Assembly (NCBI GenBank): GCA_963977445.1
Contig: CAXBPH010000014.1
Span: 1-45,711 of the forward strand
Length of the DNA: 45,711 nt
Direction of reading: 5' to 3'
Origin: an uncultured bacterium
GTDB taxonomy: Bacteria > Hydrogenedentota > Hydrogenedentia > Hydrogenedentales > JAEUWI01
Shown here: positions 1-8,730 of the stretch, piece after piece
Layout of the letters: each line of letters opens with the position of its first letter
Numbering within the stretch: the first letter of the stretch is position 1
Made by a program: the position numbers and the translations under genes
The notes under the pieces: generated by a model
Seen by the model: only the letters and a program-made list of their open reading frames with translations
Databases searched by the model: none
Told to the model about the DNA's origin: nothing

Positions 1-174
1 CGCACGAACTGGAGTACCAGATCGCGCGGCACGTCCATGGTTTGTCGTTTTATCTAAAAAGGATGCATGCCTATATGATTCGCAAGAATCCATCGAGTCA
101 TCCTTATACCTCTTGCACTTGAAGTATCACATAAATCATCCCCACCAATTGCCCATGAACCTATTAAATTTCGG

Positions 175-1791
175 TCATCGACCTTTCACGGCCAATAACC
201 GCTCAGGATAATCGGTATAAATCCGGTCGACGCCCATGTCCAGGATCCAAGCCATCGTTTTTTCGTCATTCACGGTCCATGCCCCAACTTCCACGCCGCC
301 GTCTTTCATCATGGCGACGACTTCGGCGTTCAAGGCACCCACATGGGGCACGAGGGCCTCAAAGCCTCGTTCCTGCGCGGTCTTCAAATCTTCGGCAAGG
401 GGAGATTCCTTAAAGCGATCCCAGAAAACGGGGATTTCCGGGGCGAGTTCTTTTACCCGACTCATCTTTGCGAGGTCCCCGTCGTTGAAGCCAACCCAGG
501 CCTCGGCCTTCAGCTTCCGAATGAGGGCAATCGTCTCATCGACGATGGCCATCTTCGGCTGAATCGAAAGTCGGGTACCGTGTTGCATCTGGATGCGCGT
601 GAGTACCTGTTCCAAGGTCGGCATGGTTGCCGGGGGACACAGTTCCCGGGGGAGCCCTTTTTCCCGTCGCAATCCCGTGGCCACATCCAGGGCCTGCAGT
701 TGGGACAAGGTACTATCCGCCACCGTGAGGATGGCATCGGCAAAGCGCTCGGTCGTGGCGTCGTGGGAGACGACGATGACATCGTCTGCCGTCTTGAAGA
801 TATCGATTTCTACCCAGTCCGCGCCCAAGGCAATCGCCGAATCGATAGCGGCCATGGTGTTCTCGGGATAGTTACCCGAATCACCACGGTGGGCCGTTAC
901 CCCATTGGTGAGAAATTCCACCCCCGGAGGGTCCATCTTCAGGCAAGTTCGGAAGACCTTTGGTTCGTCCGTGGCATACCAGGAGATGCCCAGGTCGACC
1001 AATTTCTGAAGGGATTCGCAGGTGATCGTGAAGGGTAGTACTTCCAGGTCAATAGCTGCCGCCGTCGTCACGGCGATAGCCTCTTCCAAGCGCGCTTGAG
1101 ACAGGGCAAAAGGCCATTCCGGATCATCGACCGGATTCAAATGCAGTTGCACCTGATCTAACGCGGCAAAATTATTCGCTGCGGCCACTTGGAATTTTTC
1201 CCAGATAGCATCGGCATCGCCGCCTATCCAAAGCATGGTGCGTAAGGAAGGGATAGCTGCTTTCAATTGCTGACAGGATTCAACCTTGTTGTGACAGAAA
1301 ATGAGCTGGCCCGCTACGCCATATTCTTCGATTAGACGGGCCAACACGTCCAGGTCAACCCCCTTCAGATCGAGGTAAGCCTGATAGTCCTTGTGGCGAC
1401 GAAGTACGTCAAAAACCTGTTTCAACGTAGGTACCCGCTCGCCTGCAAATCGCGGGTCAAACCAGGCACCAACATCGTAACGCTGTACGTCTTCCAGGGG
1501 CAGCTCGGTGATGGAGGTATTGGCCTGCGCCGTGGCGTTGCTCGTTCGCTTCAGGGTGTCGTCGTGGAGGCAGACGATCGTGCCGTCCTGGGTCGTCTGT
1601 ATATCAATTTCCGGGATGGCACCCAGGCGCCAGGCGTAGTAGAAAGCGGCGAGTGTATTCTCCGGTACTTCGTGGAGGCCGCCCCGATGGGCCTGAAAAT
1701 TTACGGTGGGGGCAGCGTCCGCACCAAAGACGGACGGTGCCGCCAAGGTGGACAATACCAGAGACACAAGCAGTGCGCTTGGAAAACACAT
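175..1791 (-). CDS. Secreted glycerophosphodiester phosphodiesterase with two tandem GDPD domains
   Basis: Two copies of the AHRG...PENT...E(I)D...HD motif set (AHRGGLHEVPENTLAAF / AHRGDSGNYPENTMAAI) and a C-terminal WTVN...IYTDYP. Hydrophobic signal peptide follows the ATG at 1791 (ORF track opens at 1821). Confidence 0.9.
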   Translation of the reverse strand: MCFPSALLVSLVLSTLAAPSVFGADAAPTVNFQAHRGGLHEVPENTLAAFYYAWRLGAIPEIDIQTTQDGTIVCLHDDTLKRTSNATAQANTSITELPLEDVQRYDVGAWFDPRFAGERVPTLKQVFDVLRRHKDYQAYLDLKGVDLDVLARLIEEYGVAGQLIFCHNKVESCQQLKAAIPSLRTMLWIGGDADAIWEKFQVAAANNFAALDQVQLHLNPVDDPEWPFALSQARLEEAIAVTTAAAIDLEVLPFTITCESLQKLVDLGISWYATDEPKVFRTCLKMDPPGVEFLTNGVTAHRGDSGNYPENTMAAIDSAIALGADWVEIDIFKTADDVIVVSHDATTERFADAILTVADSTLSQLQALDVATGLRREKGLPRELCPPATMPTLEQVLTRIQMQHGTRLSIQPKMAIVDETIALIRKLKAEAWVGFNDGDLAKMSRVKELAPEIPVFWDRFKESPLAEDLKTAQERGFEALVPHVGALNAEVVAMMKDGGVEVGAWTVNDEKTMAWILDMGVDRIYTDYPERLLAVKGR

Positions 1792-1891
1792 AGGGGTACT
1801 CCGTAGGAATGTGAAGAACAAATCGTCCTTAGCATACGGAATAGGTCCTGCCTATTTCACAAACAACGACATGCAATAACTCCAGGGAATG

Positions 1892-1923
1892 AAAAAAGGC
1901 TTTGGGGTTTGAACCCAAAGCCT
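1892..1923 (-). terminator. Intrinsic terminator downstream of rnk
   Basis: AGGCTTTGGG/CCCAAAGCCT stem with an A6 run on + (U-tract on -). Confidence 0.8.
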
Positions 1924-1961
1924 CTGCCGCAGCCCCATTGATGATTTGCCCAGCGCCTCGC

Positions 1962-2381
1962 CTACAGGTGCGTGTCGCCCGCCGCTTCGGGCTGGTAGGG
2001 AAGAGACTTCACCTGGAAGGACGTCAATCCCTTCGGGAGACGGACTTCAAAGGTGTCGCCCACCCGGTGACCCAACATGGCGGTGCCCAAGGGGGCAAGG
2101 ACGGAGATGCGGTATTGTTCCGGGTTGCCTTCTTCCGGATAGACCAGGATGCAATTCATGGGACGTCCCGTGGACAAGTTTTCCAGCTCGACCTTGGAGC
2201 GCATCGTGATGAGATCAGACGGTGTCTGGCTCGGATCTTCTACGACCGAGGCACGTTCCAACTCCTCACTCAATTCTTGAATATGTGGACGTTCACGGTG
2301 TCCTGGTTTTTCGTTAAGATCTTCCAGGCAGGACAGGAGTCGTTCCTTGTCTTTTACCGTAGTCCAAATCTGTTTTGCCAT
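1962..2381 (-). CDS. rnk: Rnk, regulator of nucleoside diphosphate kinase (GreA/GreB family)
   Basis: Short N-terminal helical hairpin, ITMRSKV, LVYP, ISVLAPLGTAMLG and the C-terminal YQPEAAGD hallmark. RBS GAGGT upstream. Confidence 0.92.
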   Translation of the reverse strand: MAKQIWTTVKDKERLLSCLEDLNEKPGHRERPHIQELSEELERASVVEDPSQTPSDLITMRSKVELENLSTGRPMNCILVYPEEGNPEQYRISVLAPLGTAMLGHRVGDTFEVRLPKGLTSFQVKSLPYQPEAAGDTHL

Positions 2382-2422
2382 TTTAATTACCTCGCGTAGT
2401 GCCTGTCTGGCACCTATTTTTT

Positions 2423-3463
2423 CTAAATGTGATAGTCGCCGGCGCTTTCCGGTTGGTAAAGCATTTCCTCAACTTGATACGTGCTCGTGCCCCGCTTCGC
2501 GCAGACTTCAAAGAGGTCCCCCAGTCGCCGGCCGAAAAGGCCCAGCCCCAGGGGATCCAAAATACAAACATTCGATTCATGGGCGTGGAGATCCCGTGGG
2601 AATACGAGGACCACCACTTGTTCTGTCCCGTCGTATACATCCCGCAGGCGCACCCGGGCATTCATGGTAACCACGTCGCCAGGAACATCCCGCGGGGCGG
2701 CCACCCGGGCTTCCGTCAACACCCGGTCCAGCGTGTCCGCGCTATCCTGCCATTCTTTTCGACCAAATACCCGGACAACCGATATCAACTCTTTCAGTCG
2801 GTCCAGGTCATACTGATTGACGCAGGTGGCCCGTTGATCCGCCAGCAGCAAGCCGGCCCCCTCATCGGCGACGGCTGCGCCGACTTTCAGGGAGCGAAAG
2901 AGCATGTCACGCATTTCCCGCGCCGACTTTGCCAGAGAATCCGCCTGGATACTGCCGGACCAATAGCCAACAAAAGCCGAAATCAATCCGTCCAGGTAGA
3001 CCACCATCTTTATCGATGAGTCGTCTTTGTGGCCCAGCTGCGTTCGGGAGCGATCAAAAAGATGCTCTACAAAATCCTCATATTTTTTATGAAGCTTGTT
3101 GACCCGCGGTCCCAATTGGGATGGTTGGGGCTCAATACCCAGATAACTCGGAAAGCAGAAGGGCTGAAAAAACAGCCGATCGTGATTGTGGTTATACAAA
3201 CGGAGGCGGATAACATCAAGAACAGCCTCTTCCGGATTTGTTCCCTTTACAAAGGTATGAAGGCGATCCAAAACGGCCTCACCAATGCGTTCCGCCACCT
3301 GGGCATAGAGGTCTTCTTTGCCTTGAAAGGTGTTGTATAAGGTGCCGACCGATACGCCCGCTTCCCGGGCCACGGCCTCCATCGTCGTTTGACCGAAGCC
3401 TTTGGCGTGGAACAGATGCTCGGCGGCATCCAATATCTCATTAATACGTTTACGTTGGGTCAT
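2423..3463 (-). CDS. TetR-family regulator fused to a complete C-terminal Rnk (Gre-family) domain
   Basis: TetR HTH ILDAAEHLFHAKGF..TTMEAVAREAGVSVGTLY..F.GKEDL, a helical ligand domain, then VVTMNARV...LVFP...ILDPLGLGLFG...YQPESAGD. The start may be 3463 or 3532. Confidence 0.9.
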   Translation of the reverse strand: MTQRKRINEILDAAEHLFHAKGFGQTTMEAVAREAGVSVGTLYNTFQGKEDLYAQVAERIGEAVLDRLHTFVKGTNPEEAVLDVIRLRLYNHNHDRLFFQPFCFPSYLGIEPQPSQLGPRVNKLHKKYEDFVEHLFDRSRTQLGHKDDSSIKMVVYLDGLISAFVGYWSGSIQADSLAKSAREMRDMLFRSLKVGAAVADEGAGLLLADQRATCVNQYDLDRLKELISVVRVFGRKEWQDSADTLDRVLTEARVAAPRDVPGDVVTMNARVRLRDVYDGTEQVVVLVFPRDLHAHESNVCILDPLGLGLFGRRLGDLFEVCAKRGTSTYQVEEMLYQPESAGDYHI

Positions 3464-3516
3464 CGTGGTGTGTGCCGTGCCGGTCACCCGAACGCCGCAC
3501 CGCGCCACATAGCAAA

Positions 3517-3550
3517 ATGAGTTGGCGTTCATAAAGTGAATGTGTCTTCA
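3517..3550. promoter_or_regulatory. Two tandem palindromic operator-like boxes (TGA[AG]-N6-TTCA)
   Basis: TGAATGTGTCTTCA (3537-3550) and ATGAGTTGGCGTTCAT (3517-3532), 19 bp apart and covering the predicted transcription start. Confidence 0.6.
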
Positions 3551-3578
3551 TTCTAGCCCGAAATGGAGCAATTGTCAA
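3550..3578 (-). promoter_or_regulatory. sigma70-type promoter for the TetR-Rnk/rnk operon
   Basis: TTGACA-17 nt-TAGAAT on the minus strand. Confidence 0.8.
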
Positions 3579-3750
3579 GTCAGTCGGGGGCGTTGAGGAG
3601 CAGCGGACCGGCCCCCGGCCAACGGCGTGGATTCCCGGTCCGCGCTTACGTAGAATAACGGGTCTGACCAATAACCCCTATCGCAGCAACGACGCCCCCC
3701 CGGAGTGACTGGGGGAGTCGGGCGTCCACGCGCAATGAAAGGTATTTTTC

Positions 3751-5670
3751 ATGCAACGACTTTCTCTGGTGGCCCTGGCTGGACTCTTTGCCAGCACCGC
3801 CTTCACCCTGCCCCTGTCGGAAGACTCAAAATTGACCCGGTTGCCCTTCAACAACCCCGGTCTCGTGGTTGATTTGGGCGTGGGCCTCTGGGCGTCGCCC
3901 ATGCCGGTGGATTACGATGGCGACGGGGACTACGACCTGCTCTGTGCCACCGCCGATAAGCCCTACAACGGCATTTATTTCTTCGAGAATGCCACGGGGA
4001 ACGTGGACTGGCCCGTGTTCAAACCCGCCGTGCGCCTCTCCGATGTAAAGCATAACGCCATGATCTCCTACGAAGGGGATCAGTGGTTTGTCACCGAGCC
4101 AGGCAAAATCTTTCCCAACTTCACCACAACCTTCTTCACCGAAGGGGTGGATATACCCTACGAGCCGACCTTCAAAGCCACCCGGGCCAAGCAATGGAAA
4201 TTCGTCGACTATGATGGTGACGGCGTGCGCGACCTCATCGTCGGAGCCAGTGACTGGACCGACTACGGCTGGGACAATGCCTTCAACGAACAGGGTGTAT
4301 GGACCAACGACGTTATTCATGGCCACATATATGTCATGCGCAATACGGGCACCAACGAAGCCCCCGTCTATGCCGAAGCCCTGCAGATAAAGGCGGGCGA
4401 CGGGCCGTTGGATGTTTATGGCTGCCCTTCCCCGAATTTTGTCGACATCGATAAAGACGGCGACCTCGATATTATCGCCGGTGAATTTCTAGACCGTCTG
4501 TCCTACTTCGAAAACGAAGGCACCCGTACGGAGCCCAAATACACAGCGCGCCGCTTCATTCAGCACAACGGCGAAACCCTGCACCTCGACCTCCAGATGT
4601 TGCAGGTCGTGGTTTTCGACTGGAACCGCGATGGCAACCCCGATATCTTTGTCGGTAAAGAAGATGGCCGCGTCGTGCTCATGCTGGGTACGGGTAAATT
4701 CAGCGACGGCGTTCCCGGATTTACGCCACCCCGTTACCTGCAGCAGGAAGCCGACTCGGTAAAGGTCGGTGCCCTTACCACCCCCGACAGCATTGACTGG
4801 GATGGCGATGGCGACGAAGACATCATCGCTGGTGACACGGCAGGCTACATCAGTTTTGTGGAAAACCTTGGTGGCGGTGCGACCCCAAGCTGGGCCAAGC
4901 CGGTCTACCTCACCGCCAACGGCGCACCCATCCGTATTCTCGCTGGACCCAACGGTTCCATCCAGGGACCCGCCGAGGCCAAGTGGGGTTACACCGTCCT
5001 GAATGTCGCCGATTGGGATATGGACGGCCTGCCCGATGTGATCATCAATTCCATCTGGGGTAAGGTCGAGTGGTATAAGAATATCGGCGAAGCCGGTAAG
5101 CCTCAGCTGGCCCCGGCCCAGCCCGTCGACGTGGCCTGGACGGGTGACACCCCCAAGCCCGCCTGGTTCTGGTGGAGCCCCGAAGGCAAAGAACTCGTCA
5201 CCCAGTGGCGGACCAGCCCGGTTGTTCAGGATCTCAATGGCGATGGCCTCAACGACCTCATCATGCTCGACCAGGAAGGCTATTTGTCCTTCTTCGAGCG
5301 CAGTAAAGACGGCGACACCCTGGTGCTCAATCCGCCCAAGCGCATCTTTATGAACGAAAAGGGAGAGGCCCTTCAGCTGAACGATAAAATCGGCGGTGGC
5401 AGTGGTCGGCGTAAATTTGTCCTCTATGATTGGGATCAGGACGGCAAACTCGACCTGCTCATCAACAGCAAGAACATCGACTTCATGCGCAATATCGCCG
5501 AGAAGCCCGGCGAATACAAGTTTAAGAACGAAGGCCTTGTTGACCCCCATATGCTTGCAGGCCACACGACGTGCCCCGCGATCGTCGATTGGGATGGCAA
5601 TGGCGTTGGTGACTTGCTCATCGGTGCAGAAGATGGATTCTTTTATCACCTGACCAACCCCAATCAATAG
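3751..5670 (+). CDS. Secreted FG-GAP/VCBS repeat beta-propeller protein
   Basis: Signal peptide plus about 9 DxDGDGxxD Ca-binding repeats (DYDGDGDYD, DWDGDGDED, DLNGDGLND and others). RBS GAAAGG. Confidence 0.85.
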   Translation: MQRLSLVALAGLFASTAFTLPLSEDSKLTRLPFNNPGLVVDLGVGLWASPMPVDYDGDGDYDLLCATADKPYNGIYFFENATGNVDWPVFKPAVRLSDVKHNAMISYEGDQWFVTEPGKIFPNFTTTFFTEGVDIPYEPTFKATRAKQWKFVDYDGDGVRDLIVGASDWTDYGWDNAFNEQGVWTNDVIHGHIYVMRNTGTNEAPVYAEALQIKAGDGPLDVYGCPSPNFVDIDKDGDLDIIAGEFLDRLSYFENEGTRTEPKYTARRFIQHNGETLHLDLQMLQVVVFDWNRDGNPDIFVGKEDGRVVLMLGTGKFSDGVPGFTPPRYLQQEADSVKVGALTTPDSIDWDGDGDEDIIAGDTAGYISFVENLGGGATPSWAKPVYLTANGAPIRILAGPNGSIQGPAEAKWGYTVLNVADWDMDGLPDVIINSIWGKVEWYKNIGEAGKPQLAPAQPVDVAWTGDTPKPAWFWWSPEGKELVTQWRTSPVVQDLNGDGLNDLIMLDQEGYLSFFERSKDGDTLVLNPPKRIFMNEKGEALQLNDKIGGGSGRRKFVLYDWDQDGKLDLLINSKNIDFMRNIAEKPGEYKFKNEGLVDPHMLAGHTTCPAIVDWDGNGVGDLLIGAEDGFFYHLTNPNQ

Positions 5671-5719
5671 GGAGGGTCTTTCGGGATCAGGACGACGAAT
5701 CTGATTACGGAAATAAATC

Positions 5720-5764
5720 GAGCCGCTCTGACCTATCGAAAGATGGCCGGAGCGGCTCTTTTTG
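5720..5764 (+). terminator. Intrinsic terminator
   Basis: GAGCCGCTC...ATC-GAAA-GAT...GAGCGGCTC followed by TTTTTT. Confidence 0.8.
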
Positions 5765-5813
5765 GTATGAACTGCGTAAACCGTTGCCAAGACGTGTTTA
5801 TATCACATCGAAG

Positions 5814-5843
5814 TGGCAACGCCAGACGGGTATTTGCTACACT
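5814..5843 (+). promoter_or_regulatory. Likely tRNA promoter (extended -10)
   Basis: TGGCAA-18 nt-TACACT with TGn extension, 15 nt upstream of the tRNA. Confidence 0.45.
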
Positions 5844-5858
5844 TCCCGTTCCCAGCGC

Positions 5859-5950
<92 letters not shown>

Positions 5951-6004
5951 CAATTCCTTCCCGCCCCGGCCTTACGGCCACGTTATTTCCACCGGACTGA
6001 TTGC

Positions 6005-7126
6005 CTATGGCCGACGTATTTCCGGGGGGATGGCAAGATACCGCTCGACCCGCTCCAGGATAACCACATCAGGCTTCTCCTGCTCGATTAATTCCACATC
6101 GAAATAGCGGCTCGGACCACACACGAGCCGTCCACAGTGGGCTGCCAGGAGTGGGGCCATCCGGTTGCCAAAGGAATCCCGTAGCAAGAGTACGCGCAAT
6201 GTTTTGCCGGGGGTTTCATAGGCGATATAGGCCTCGTGCGCGCCGATGCCGGTATTATCCCGATCCACCGACGCAATCGCTGTCGTGGACTTAGTCCGGG
6301 TCAACACGGGTTGCTGGCTCTCCCCAACGCCACCAACGCACGCGAGCACGGCGAGGTCGCCCGATGTTATCGTTTTTTCCGTCAAGGTGAAGTCGGGCCA
6401 ATCCAGCGGGGGGCCACAGTCCACCAGGGTGTTCAGTTTCTCCACGAGTGCCCGGTAGGCGATGTAGGCACCCACGTCATTCCAATGGGTATCCAGGTGA
6501 TGATAGAGGGTGTGCTCTGGTTTCGCTGCCAGGAGCGCCGGACGGAGGTCCACCGCATCCACATGGGGAAGCTGAGCCACCAGACCATACAATTGGTCCA
6601 GGGGGGAGACTTCCCATAGGGGTTTTGCGGCGGCGGGCAGATACTCGGGGTAGATCGTGGACTTGTTCGGGGCCACCACAAACAGGAAGGGGATTTTCTG
6701 GAGGGACAGCCACTGTCCCCGCAATTCCAGTAACTGGGCCCATTCGGCCAGTTCTTCCTCGCTGTAGGGCATCTTGCGCTGATAGTCGGAGGCAAAATCG
6801 TCCATCAGATAGATCCAGCCCGCCGATCCCAGTGCGGCCTTCGGCGTCGCCGACAGTCCCAACAGATCCCGGCGTAGTCGGTGGTGGGCGTCAACCAGCG
6901 TGTCCCGAAAGGCAAAGTTGTCCGAGAAATAGTGTTCATACTGTTCCGGAAACCCTCCGACGTCCGTCCACGATTTCGGAAGGTCTGGCCGCGTCGATCG
7001 TCGTCGATTCTCTTCGTTCTTTTCGTGATTGCCGGGCCCCACCAGGGGTAGACCTAGCCCCACCAGCACCACGACGATGAAGGCGATGTGGGGGAGTTGT
7101 CGGATAGATTGTAGGAGACGGTGCAT
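6005..7126 (-). CDS. AlgJ/AlgX-like SGNH O-acetyltransferase
   Basis: N-terminal TM, F.D.F.FRD, GWIYL, APNKSTIYPEYLP, catalytic DTHW and RDSF motifs. Confidence 0.85.
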   Translation of the reverse strand: MHRLLQSIRQLPHIAFIVVVLVGLGLPLVGPGNHEKNEENRRRSTRPDLPKSWTDVGGFPEQYEHYFSDNFAFRDTLVDAHHRLRRDLLGLSATPKAALGSAGWIYLMDDFASDYQRKMPYSEEELAEWAQLLELRGQWLSLQKIPFLFVVAPNKSTIYPEYLPAAAKPLWEVSPLDQLYGLVAQLPHVDAVDLRPALLAAKPEHTLYHHLDTHWNDVGAYIAYRALVEKLNTLVDCGPPLDWPDFTLTEKTITSGDLAVLACVGGVGESQQPVLTRTKSTTAIASVDRDNTGIGAHEAYIAYETPGKTLRVLLLRDSFGNRMAPLLAAHCGRLVCGPSRYFDVELIEQEKPDVVILERVERYLAIPPEIRRP

Positions 7127-7131
7127 AGGCC

Positions 7132-8547
7132 TTAAAACCTGAAGTAGATGAAGGGGTTATAGGTCTGGGCCGAAAGGACGATGGCACAGAGCGCAAGGAG
7201 TGCCACCGTGATGACCAATTCCAGACCGCGACTGGCAACGCCCAATCCCTTTACAGCGCGGAGCCTGCGCCAGGCGGTGGTGCCCAGGGGTGTGGCGCAA
7301 AGGAAGGCCGCCGCCAATCCCAACAGGACCTCACGGTTTACATAGTAGGCGAGGGGGTGTGCCCAGGTATCGGCCACCGAAAATCCCGCCATGGCACGCA
7401 GCATATGACCCGCCTGCGCCAGATTCTCCGAACGGAACAGAACCCAGCCGACCATAATCACCACCAGAGCATAGGCGTGTTGTACCGGACGGGGGAGGGA
7501 CCACTTCATCCACCGTGCACCATAGCGCTCGGCCAAGAGAAAGAAGCCATGGAACAGACCCCACAGGGCGAAATTCCATTGGGCACCATGCCACAGGCCG
7601 CACAAGAGAAACACCACGATGAGGTTGAAGGCGGTCCGTCGCTGGTTGCCCCCCAGGGGGATGTAGAGATAGTCACGAAACCACGTGGACAGGGAAATAT
7701 GCCACCGACGCCAGAATTCGCGGATGGATCGGGAGATATAGGGGTAGTTGAAGTTTTCCGGAAAGGTGAAGCCAAACATGCGCCCCAGTCCAATGGCCAT
7801 ATCGGAGTACCCGGAAAAATCGAAGTAGAGCTGGAAGGTATAAAGCAATACCCCGAGCCACGCCAGGGCCATGGAGACATTTTCCGGACCCAGCCCATAA
7901 ATTTGATCCACGGGCACCGCCAGGGTGTTGGCGATGAGCACTTTCTTTGCCAGGCCGATGGTAAACCGCTGGATCCCCGACACCACGCCCGCTGCGGTGC
8001 GCACCCGCTCGGTGAGCTGTACGGCAATATCCCGGTACCGCACGATGGGGCCCGCAATGAGTTGGGGGAAGAAGGCGATATAGAGGGCGACGTTGAGTGG
8101 GTCGCGCTGGGCCTTGGCGTCATCCCGATAGACATCGACCAGATAGGAAATCGCCTGGAAGGTATAAAACGAGATGCCGATGGGCAAATGGATTGGCCCG
8201 AGGGTACGCCAGACATCGCCCCAATAGGGGCTCACACTGTTGTAGATGTCGAGGCCAAACGTGGCGTATTTGAAGAAGAGCAGGGGGGCGAGATTCAGCA
8301 GGACCCCAAGGGACAAGACAACAAATCGGAGGCGCGGCCCCGTCGTGCGCCCCAGGAGAAGGCCCCCACCGTAGTTGGCCCCAATCGAAGCCACCATGAG
8401 GAGGACGAAGGCCGTCTCGCCCCAGGCGTAGAAAAAAAGGCTGGCGACGAGGAGCAGGTGATTCTGAAAACGCCTGGGCAGCAGAAAACTCGTGATCAGC
8501 GTGATCGGCAGAAAGAAGAACAGGAAAATTGTCGCACTGAATACCAT
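7132..8547 (-). CDS. algI: MBOAT family O-acyltransferase (AlgI/DltB/PatA-like)
   Basis: PIGISFYTFQ, FFPQLIAGPI, YFDFSGYSDMAIG, FWRRWHISLS, GLWHGA and C-terminal YNPFIYFRF. Confidence 0.92.
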   Translation of the reverse strand: MVFSATIFLFFFLPITLITSFLLPRRFQNHLLLVASLFFYAWGETAFVLLMVASIGANYGGGLLLGRTTGPRLRFVVLSLGVLLNLAPLLFFKYATFGLDIYNSVSPYWGDVWRTLGPIHLPIGISFYTFQAISYLVDVYRDDAKAQRDPLNVALYIAFFPQLIAGPIVRYRDIAVQLTERVRTAAGVVSGIQRFTIGLAKKVLIANTLAVPVDQIYGLGPENVSMALAWLGVLLYTFQLYFDFSGYSDMAIGLGRMFGFTFPENFNYPYISRSIREFWRRWHISLSTWFRDYLYIPLGGNQRRTAFNLIVVFLLCGLWHGAQWNFALWGLFHGFFLLAERYGARWMKWSLPRPVQHAYALVVIMVGWVLFRSENLAQAGHMLRAMAGFSVADTWAHPLAYYVNREVLLGLAAAFLCATPLGTTAWRRLRAVKGLGVASRGLELVITVALLALCAIVLSAQTYNPFIYFRF

Positions 8548-8607
8548 GAATGTCCAATATTACGTCCCGTTCTCACAGGCAGGGACGGACCGAAGGGGTG
8601 TAGAAAC

Positions 8608-8635
8608 GCCGAATCGGCTGCAAAGCCGATTCGGC
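8608..8635. other. Perfect 12-bp hairpin in the algI leader
   Basis: GCCGAATCGGCT-GCAA-AGCCGATTCGGC. Confidence 0.7.
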
Positions 8636-8643
8636 AATTTGTG

Positions 8644-8672
8644 ATGATACACGCTGGATCGGGGGACTTCAA
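8644..8672 (-). promoter_or_regulatory. Putative sigma70 promoter for algI-algJ
   Basis: TTGAAG-17 nt-TATCAT on the minus strand. Confidence 0.55.
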
Positions 8673-8730
8673 GACCCAGGCCGTCTGGTCGCCCGGAGAA
8701 CGGGCGGCATCTACGACACAACCGCAGGGA

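Noticed and set aside
1..174. Possible gene start (ATG at 39, minus strand) or gene end at the window edge
   Set aside because: Too little sequence; no RBS or motif to decide.
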